A stretch of DNA of 18,654 nt from Nitrosopumilales archaeon (GTDB taxonomy: Archaea; Thermoproteota; Nitrososphaeria; Nitrososphaerales; Nitrososphaeraceae). The notes under the pieces are model-generated. The model ran no database searches, was not told the origin of the DNA, and saw only the letters and a program-made list of their open reading frames with translations. A program made the position numbers and the translations under genes. Below are positions 8,861-15,251 of this stretch, in pieces; position 1 is the first letter of the stretch; each line of letters begins with the position of its first letter. The DNA is taken from NCBI GenBank assembly GCA_044507735.1, contig JBIQJB010000022.1, positions 20,134 to 38,787 of the forward strand, read 5' to 3'.

Positions 8861-9181
8861 TCAGAGAGTCGGCAAGTCGCCCAAATTGTCGCCTCTGGTT
8901 TTTTCACCGTCTGCCCTCATGAAATCTCCCTCTGGGAAGGAATACTTGGCGATCTTGTTTTTCAGCACAAACCTGCCGTTGTTGAAGATGGCAGTGTAGT
9001 AGATCATACCAACTCCCAAGTTAGAGATAACCTGCTGGCGCGATACAACCTCGCCCTGCCCGACAATGCTGTTGCCATAAAGGCGGTGTTGCTTCACAGA
9101 ATCCACTATTATTGCGGTCGCCTTCCTGTTCCCTCTGCGATACCGTGCAGCCGAGATCACGAAATCGATCTTCGTTTCCAT
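8861..9181 (-). CDS. DUF3892-like small protein
   Basis: Pattern ISAARY...SRQQVISNL...YYTA...FMRADGEKTRGDNLGDLP, with the C-terminal R-x-D...DNL..LP signature of DUF3892. Start is ATG 9181 (alternative GTG 9190). Confidence 0.7.
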   Translation of the reverse strand: METKIDFVISAARYRRGNRKATAIIVDSVKQHRLYGNSIVGQGEVVSRQQVISNLGVGMIYYTAIFNNGRFVLKNKIAKYSFPEGDFMRADGEKTRGDNLGDLPTL

Positions 9182-9481
9182 GCTTGGCACTCGAGGTCAT
9201 ATCTTCTACATATGAGTATATGACATTGACTGAGAAATGAGCACATTTTATGGAGGTTGGTGACGTAAGACAGACTACTTTTGGAAAAGTTGATCACATT
9301 TGCTCCTCGCACTGTCTTGCATGCTCAAAATAATGCGATCTCACAATTAATAGTCGACCTAGGACGCAGCTGGGGTCATACGTATGCGTCGCCCGGGGTT
9401 CAGGTTACAGCATCGAGACAAAATTGATAGGATGTGCACGCAATGTATTGTATTGCACTGCATTGCGCGAAGGTTCTCTCT

Positions 9482-9497
9482 AAAAAATTCTTAAATA
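9482..9497 (+). promoter_or_regulatory. Putative BRE/TATA promoter of amoA
   Basis: A-run followed by TTAAATA (9491-9497), about 25 nt before ATG 9521. GGTGA at 9509-9513 is a possible SD. Confidence 0.6.
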
Positions 9498-9520
9498 CAT
9501 CTTTAGTTGGTGATGGATTG

Positions 9521-10171
9521 ATGGTTTGGTTAAGACGTACAACACACTATCTGTTCCTAGTTGTGGTTGCAGTTAACGGCACGCTGCTAACCATCAACAC
9601 AGGCGACTACCTGTTCTACACAGACTGGATGTGGACCTCCTTCGTAGTATTCTCGATCGGGCAATCGACCATGCTCGTTGTGGGTGCGATATACTACATG
9701 CTCTTCACAGGAGTACCAGGAACTGCCACATACTATGCGACCATAATAACAATCTATACCTGGGTTGCAAAGGGTGCATGGTTCGCACTGGGCTATCCAT
9801 ACGACTTCATCGCGACGCCTATATGGATACCTTCAGCAATGCTGCTGGACCTCGCATACTGGTCAACAAGGAGGAACAAACACGCGGCGATACTCATAGG
9901 CGGCTCACTGGTTGGGCTATCGCTCCCGCTGTTCAACATGGTCAACCTGCTGCTCGTCAGGGATCCACTCGAAGTGGCCTTCAAGTATCCAAGGCCGACC
10001 CTTCCTGCATACATGACTCCAATCGAGCCTCAGGTAGGCAAGTTCTACAACAGTCCTGTAGCCTTGGGTTCGGGAGCAGGAGCAGTGCTGTGTGTTCCAA
10101 TGGCAGCATTAGGAGCAAAACTGAACACCTGGACATACAGATGGATGGCCGCATGGAGCAAGTGGGATTAG
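9521..10171 (+). CDS. amoA: Archaeal ammonia monooxygenase subunit A (216 aa)
   Basis: MVWLRRTTHYLF...GDYLFYTDW...FTGVPGTATYY...AFKYPRPTLP.YMTPIEPQVGKFYNSPVALG...KLNTWTYRWMAAWSKWD. The 651-nt length is canonical. The ORF-track start at 9434 is too long. Confidence 0.98.
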   Translation: MVWLRRTTHYLFLVVVAVNGTLLTINTGDYLFYTDWMWTSFVVFSIGQSTMLVVGAIYYMLFTGVPGTATYYATIITIYTWVAKGAWFALGYPYDFIATPIWIPSAMLLDLAYWSTRRNKHAAILIGGSLVGLSLPLFNMVNLLLVRDPLEVAFKYPRPTLPAYMTPIEPQVGKFYNSPVALGSGAGAVLCVPMAALGAKLNTWTYRWMAAWSKWD

Positions 10172-10178
10172 ACCTCCA

Positions 10179-10212
10179 CTCCTTTTCCCCTTTTTCCTTT
10201 TTTCTCTTTCAC
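10179..10212 (+). terminator. Oligo-T/pyrimidine tract, likely archaeal terminator of amoA
   Basis: CTCCTTTTCCCCTTTTTCCTTTTTTCTCTTTC a few nt after the stop codon. Confidence 0.65.
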
Positions 10213-10562
10213 TCTTATGTTCTGCAAAGAATTCTTGTTGAATAGAATGTCTGATCTGCCCTCCAAAAGACGACAATTGCAATATCAATTGACAGCAAAG
10301 GAGGTTTTGAAGGGTGAAAATAATACGCTGCCATGTCTAATGCAAGCTGGAAAGAAACCTGTTGTTGTGATGGCGGGAATATCTTCTTTAAAACCTAGTC
10401 AAAGTGCCATTACTTGTCATGCAATGCATACAAACCAAATAAATATCACTGCAGAATTTTTTGTGATAGCCTAAGCCAGGCCGTTGGAACCCTGAACTGA
10501 ATTAGTGATGGTTTGGCTAAGACAGAACGGGGTTCCAACAAACCAAGGCTGAGGATGGAAAG

Positions 10563-10581
10563 AGAGAAACTGGTATATAAG
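10563..10581 (+). promoter_or_regulatory. Putative BRE/TATA promoter for the 10614/10858 gene pair
   Basis: Purine-rich AGAGAAAC followed by TATATAAG (10574-10581), about 33 nt upstream of ATG 10614. Confidence 0.5.
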
Positions 10582-10613
10582 AATATGCGAAAAATTTGGG
10601 GGGATTTGTCAAC

Positions 10614-10853
10614 ATGATATTGAGTGGTGCAAGGGGTGTACTTCAGAAAATCGACGCGGCAGAAAAGACCATTACTCTGGTCAAGCATACGGGAACTGAG
10701 AATTATCAATGCGCAGATGTAGAGTTTGAACCAGGCAAGTGGGATTCGCTCATAGGAAAGACGGTGGATGTCCAGCTGTGTGACTTTCTTGTTGTGGATG
10801 TATCCGAGCATTCAGAACAACAGGGTGGATCGGATAACCCGGGAGAAGAATAG
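10614..10853 (+). CDS. Small hypothetical protein, possibly OB-fold-like beta barrel
   Basis: 79 aa with GVLQKIDAAEKTITL...LIGKTVDVQL beta pattern, an upstream TATA box, and a 4-nt gap to the next gene. Confidence 0.6.
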   Translation: MILSGARGVLQKIDAAEKTITLVKHTGTENYQCADVEFEPGKWDSLIGKTVDVQLCDFLVVDVSEHSEQQGGSDNPGEE

Positions 10854-10857
10854 AAGA

Positions 10858-11286
10858 ATGCTGGTTTCTTATTCGGAGCTGTGCGAGCAGGTGGTTGCTC
10901 TGGACGCCAGCATACGATTTGCAGGCGTAGCAAACAAGATGGGGAAAATCACTGCCTCTGCGTACAGGAGCGGCCTAGTTCCCCTTCTTTCCAAGGAAGA
11001 GACTGAGCGGACCATCCCGCAGTATCTACTCCGGCTCAGCCCGTCACCAGACCTGGAGAGCAAACTCGGCAGGCCAGTCTACTCTGTTACAGCCTACGAA
11101 AAGATAAGGAGGGCAATTATTCCATTATATGATCCGTATGGAAACACCCGCTCGCTTCTGCTGGTGTCATTTGACATTGAAGCATCCAATCACGATTCGC
11201 TCATTCAAGACAGGATCCTGCCACTGGTAAGAGGGAACGACGACAGCCATATGCCCGACCGCAGAAATTATCAGGATTGGAAGTGA
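10858..11286 (+). CDS. DUF6659-like (roadblock/LC7-like) thaumarchaeal protein, copy 1
   Basis: YSELCEQVVALDASIRFAGVANKMG...LGRPVYSVTAYEKIRRAIIP...LLVSFD. Clear paralogue at 12340. Confidence 0.8.
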   Translation: MLVSYSELCEQVVALDASIRFAGVANKMGKITASAYRSGLVPLLSKEETERTIPQYLLRLSPSPDLESKLGRPVYSVTAYEKIRRAIIPLYDPYGNTRSLLLVSFDIEASNHDSLIQDRILPLVRGNDDSHMPDRRNYQDWK

Positions 11287-11819
11287 TCCTGCTCGTTCAA
11301 GTGTGACTGCTCCTGCACATGATATCTGCTGTGGGAACTTTCTGTGTTCGTATGGGTTCTTTGTGCAATCGCCAATGGTTCAGACAATGTCAGAGTTTCA
11401 CCCTCTACTACTTGAACTGCGTGCCTGAAGCTTATCGCGCGACCCCCCATATGATGACATTGTTTGCGGCGGTTCTGTTCACTAGCTCTTTCTGCACCTC
11501 AAATGTTTCCGCGCCGATTTTCTCCTATCCGATCTTCCTTTTTTAGCCAACGGCAAACTATGTTAGAATGGGGCTTGTCAGTGGGGACCCAATCCTCCGA
11601 TTGTCTGCAGCATTTTTGCAGTTACAGCAGAATCGAGTATTCCAAGGTCAGCAGCATTGATCTCTGATACATGTCCTATCAGCTTCGCTTCTGTTCCTCT
11701 TTCCTTTTGCAGGCGCGAATTGGCGAATCCGCATTTTGCACCTAGATGCTATGCAGTGCAGACTCACTTCCTAAATAGATGTGAATTGCTGGCTGTCTTG
11801 CTATAGCAGGAGAAAAGAA

Positions 11820-12062
11820 ATGTCAAGCTTGAATGGGGAAAATGTTGCCGGCGCAGCCTTTCTGTTCTTCTCTGCTCTTTTGATGGCAGCAGGACAGGTA
11901 GATGCTGTCTTTGGCTCGCTGTACCCTGCATATTACATTTTGGCAGCCACGGGAGTCGCCCTAGTTTTGTTGGGCTACCGGACCTGGCGCATCGAGACAG
12001 CACGAGAAAGTGAAACAAGACCTACGAGGGAGCTGCACAGCACCTCGCCAGACAGGACCTGA
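11820..12062 (+). CDS. Small two-TM membrane protein
   Basis: ATG 11820 preceded by AGGAG. Two hydrophobic segments (VAGAAFLFFSALLMAAG; YYILAATGVALVLLGY) and a charged tail. Confidence 0.7.
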   Translation: MSSLNGENVAGAAFLFFSALLMAAGQVDAVFGSLYPAYYILAATGVALVLLGYRTWRIETARESETRPTRELHSTSPDRT

Positions 12063-12339
12063 CATGGGAGAATGACATTCCCATGGCATGGTTGGATCCC
12101 AGCTTCATTACAGTGCAGCAAGGGAAGTTCTGCAGGCGAGGATGCATGACATCGGCCGGAATGACTGCAGACTATGCGAAATCTTCATCAAATGGGATTG
12201 TAGTAATTATCCTTGGTGCAACTGCGCGAGCCAAATACACTCACAGAGCTGATGGTGCATAGGAATGCGTGAAGAAAAGTCAGATGCAAATGCCGGTAAT
12301 GTGGAGGACAAGCAAGCGTACCTTGGAATCCGGTCAGTG

Positions 12340-12735
12340 ATGTCATACGAAGATTTGTGTCAGCAGGTCGTGTCTCTGGATGGCGGTGTGCGCTTTGCTG
12401 GGATCGCTGACTACCAGGGGAACATCCTTGCCACAAAGTACAGAAAAGACGTAGAAAAATCCCCATTGTTAACAGAGGATGAGCTCAGGCTGTCAATGTC
12501 TCAATCACTCCTTAGGATGGGCACTCGAAAGGCCTCTGAAGGAAGTCTTGGAAGACCTCTATACTCTATAACGACATATGAAAAAGTAAAACGTGCAACC
12601 ATACCCATTGTGTACGATGGCAATGACTACTTGCTAATGATTTCGCTCGATTTGGCGGCACGCCCCGGACCACTGATAACCAAGAAGATACTACCACTTG
12701 TAAAATCGATATCGTCTCCTCCAGCTTCAATCTAG
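12340..12735 (+). CDS. DUF6659-like (roadblock/LC7-like) thaumarchaeal protein, copy 2
   Basis: MSYEDLCQQVVSLDGGVRFAGIADYQG...LGRPLYSITTYEKVKRATIP...LMISLD. Start chosen by alignment to copy 1 (alternative ATG 12265). Confidence 0.8.
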   Translation: MSYEDLCQQVVSLDGGVRFAGIADYQGNILATKYRKDVEKSPLLTEDELRLSMSQSLLRMGTRKASEGSLGRPLYSITTYEKVKRATIPIVYDGNDYLLMISLDLAARPGPLITKKILPLVKSISSPPASI

Positions 12736-13168
12736 ATACAGAAGCGCTTCAATGATTCAAGCGTACTGTGATGTCCTGGCAAGAAGACACGCATCCATTC
12801 GGCATATGGGTGAACAGCAACAACATCATTCACTTTGTCTACCATGTGCTACGTCACCGGCCTTGCAAATATGCTGCGATGACGGCGAGTCTGAAGACCA
12901 TCTTCTCATGGAATCATTGCGGTAAAAGGAAGGTCAGCTTGTCGCCAAAGCAATTCTGCCATAGAGCGCATGCAAAGAAAAAAGGTGGGAAAATAGATTC
13001 ACTGGGGTGCAGGCTTGCTGTCACTGCAGCCTAGAGGGGCACGTTGACTATTCGCATACCTCAAGTGTTTGCGGACACGATTGATTTGATCGCAGGGGAA
13101 TCCTGGATGCATCCGCATTGGGAATAGTCAGACATGCATGCTCATGGAAGTAGCGACACTTGCGGCAT

Positions 13169-13312
13169 TCAAGCCATGCTACTGCTACTGCTACTACTCT
13201 GCCTGATCCTGCCGTTCATCCTTTCCTTTTCCATCTTTTGCCTCTTGTAGCACTCGAAACAGAGGTCGTTATAAGCAGTATCTATCTTGGTCTTGCAAAT
13301 CACACAGAGCAT
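13169..13312 (-). CDS. 47-aa zinc-finger microprotein (CxxC-x11-CxxC), absent from the ORF track
   Basis: Manual translation gives MLCVICKTKIDTAYNDLCFECYKRQKMEKERMNGRIRQSSSSSSSMA*. It starts about 60 nt after the ald stop on the same strand. Confidence 0.6.
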   Translation of the reverse strand: MLCVICKTKIDTAYNDLCFECYKRQKMEKERMNGRIRQSSSSSSSMA

Positions 13313-13375
13313 ATAATCAAAACAGAACAGATTTGCCGTGCTTATATTCAGATTGGAACCTTTTTCTACTAAAAG

Positions 13376-14569
13376 TTACTTCAAATTGTGGGCTCTGGTT
13401 ATTGCCGGGTCCAGCACCTTGCCATCCTTGATACCAACAGCCCTGACAAGCTCGGGCCGCATCGACTTGCTTGCAACTTGCTGTACATAGTCCAGAATTA
13501 TGGATGACAGTTCCATCGAGGCATACCTTGGAACTATCGACGGAATGTTTGGCACGCGGATAAAGATATTGCCGAAATAGTCTGCCTGAGCTGGATTCAA
13601 TATTGTGCCTGTGCTTGATGGCGAATATTCTCCTGCAGGGTCAAAGTATGGAAAGTTGCCACCCTGGTCTACTGCAACGTCGATGATTATCTTTTTCCTC
13701 ATCTCGGAGATTTCTTTGAGCAAGTTCTCATCAACAACCCTGTCTGACTTTTCTTTGTCATAGGTAGAGCCGATCATGACATAGGCGCTGCGCAAGATGT
13801 CTCTCTCGGCCGCAGTGACTACCGTGCATTTTGGGAGGTTGAGCTCTTGCAGGTATTTCCTGCGACCCTCGCGCTTTTCAACAATGGTGATCTTGGCTCC
13901 AAGCGCCGAGCACACCTTCGCAGCGGTCTCACCCACTGTCCCGCCACCAAATATTATCACCATCCTGTCCTGCAGCGACAGCATGCGCTTTAGCTCGTTG
14001 TCGATGTTGTTGTTACTGGCGTTAATGATCTGTTCAAAGCCGTTGACAAACTTGCTCTTGACCTGATCGGCGCCCGTCTTGAGCCTGATGGACTTGTCAT
14101 GTCTGAATGCATAGTTGTGGAAAAAGCCTGCCCAGATACCTGACATCGCCCCTGCAATCCTGCTCATCGGCATCAGGATTGGGGTTTGGCCATTTTCATC
14201 CACTACCTTTTCAAACGATATGAATGTCGCGCGTGACTTCACCGCCGCGTCAGTCAGCTCCTTGCTTGATTCAAAGTGGTTAAAGCCAAAGACCGTGTGA
14301 TGTGGCTTGAGATAGGTGTGTTCACCCTTCGGCACCTGCAACTCCTTCACCTTGACTATCAGGTCACACTCGGAATAAAGCTCTGCTTGCGAGCTCGCGA
14401 TCGATGCTCCAGAAGAGCTGTACTCGTCATCGGAAAAGCCGCTCTTTGAGCCCGCCTGAGACTCGACATAAACCTTGTTGCCTGATCTGACGAGCGACGA
14501 AACAGAGCGCGGAGTCAGGGCCACCCTGTTCTCGTGGTCCTTTATCTCCTTTGGAATACCGATTATCAA
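13376..14569 (-). CDS. ald: Alanine dehydrogenase / AlaDH-PNT family oxidoreductase (bacterial-type, divergent)
   Basis: MIIGIPKEIKDHENRVALTP, LIVKVKE, FGFNHF, MPMSRIAG, Rossmann IFGGGTVG, IIDVAVDQGGNF and VPNIPSIVPR. TTG start preceded by AGGAG. Confidence 0.8.
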   Translation of the reverse strand: MIIGIPKEIKDHENRVALTPRSVSSLVRSGNKVYVESQAGSKSGFSDDEYSSSGASIASSQAELYSECDLIVKVKELQVPKGEHTYLKPHHTVFGFNHFESSKELTDAAVKSRATFISFEKVVDENGQTPILMPMSRIAGAMSGIWAGFFHNYAFRHDKSIRLKTGADQVKSKFVNGFEQIINASNNNIDNELKRMLSLQDRMVIIFGGGTVGETAAKVCSALGAKITIVEKREGRRKYLQELNLPKCTVVTAAERDILRSAYVMIGSTYDKEKSDRVVDENLLKEISEMRKKIIIDVAVDQGGNFPYFDPAGEYSPSSTGTILNPAQADYFGNIFIRVPNIPSIVPRYASMELSSIILDYVQQVASKSMRPELVRAVGIKDGKVLDPAITRAHNLK

Positions 14570-14924
14570 ACACTTCTCCTAGTAGCAAATCACTTATTAT
14601 ATTTACGTCCAAGAGAACGACCACGTGTGTTCATTTCCTTCCATTCCAAAGCGACATTACATGAAGGGCGGAGCAGCCAAGCAGTCGATGCTGCTAACTC
14701 TAATAGGGCAATCGACACTTCAAACTTTTTCGCTTCAAAGATTCTGTTGCATGAATCGGAACTAAAGAAATGATGTTCTGAAACACATGTCAACGAAGCC
14801 GGAATTTGCGAGTTTATAATGCGTTTCTGTTGTCGGAAAAATTCAGAAATGGCGACTCTTCCAAGTCGTACAACAAATCATCATGTAGGAAACTGTCCAC
14901 TTCGCCCTTCTCAATCCGTGGAAA

Positions 14925-15140
14925 TCATGTCCTTTCTTCTCTCTTCACAATCCTGGCGACATGCTTGCCATTCTCAACTAGCAGAGCTATCTCCAAGACG
15001 GAACCCTCCTCAATACCCAGAAATGCTTTCATGCTTGCTGGTATCTGCATTCTCAGGGAGTTGCTCCTGGGCTGGTTCTTTGTAGCCTTGCTCGATATTG
15101 AGAAGACTGGAATTCCTACGCCATCGCTCTGATCTTGCAT
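14925..15140 (-). CDS. AbrB/MazE/SpoVT-family DNA-binding protein
   Basis: SLRMQIPASMKAFLGIEEGSVLEI matches the swapped-hairpin IP...LGI..G..L pattern; 71 aa. Confidence 0.75.
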   Translation of the reverse strand: MQDQSDGVGIPVFSISSKATKNQPRSNSLRMQIPASMKAFLGIEEGSVLEIALLVENGKHVARIVKREERT

Positions 15141-15153
15141 CCTCGTTCCTACT

Positions 15154-15249
15154 CTAGTATAAGTCTAGCCTAGGATTAGTATAATAGATTTTCTAGTGAC
15201 TGACCAATAACCTAATATTAGTGTATAAGGTTCCATAGTATAATTCTAG
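15154..15249. promoter_or_regulatory. Divergent promoter region with direct repeats TAGTATAA
   Basis: TAGTATAA at 15155, 15177 and 15236, variant TAGTGTATAA at 15219, and five CTAG tetramers in under 100 bp. Confidence 0.55.
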
Positions 15250-15251
15250 AT

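Noticed and set aside
9434-9520. 29-aa N-terminal extension of AmoA
   Set aside because: It covers the TATA box and upstream repeats. Canonical AmoA begins MVWLRR at 9521.
9631-10245. 204-aa overlapping ORF inside amoA
   Set aside because: Alternative-frame shadow of a conserved gene with no recognisable motif.
11290-11760. Possible decayed minus-strand gene (fragments such as IGAETFEVQKELVNRTAANNVIIWGVAR)
   Set aside because: Several stops and no recognisable family, so a pseudogene call cannot be supported.
11820-12062. Two-TM protein as AmoX, AmoY or AmoZ
   Set aside because: It does not resemble AmoX as I recall it, and I cannot verify AmoY or AmoZ similarity without a search.
12999-13170. 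Cys/His fragment ECRKCRYFHEH and a 39-aa minus-strand ORF before a T-tract
   Set aside because: The Cys frame has no start codon and would need frameshifts; at most a remnant.
14815-14927. In-frame continuation after the AbrB TGA (readthrough) or a downstream toxin
   Set aside because: Only about 36 open codons, with no toxin motif (PIN, MazF or RelE) and no recoding signal.
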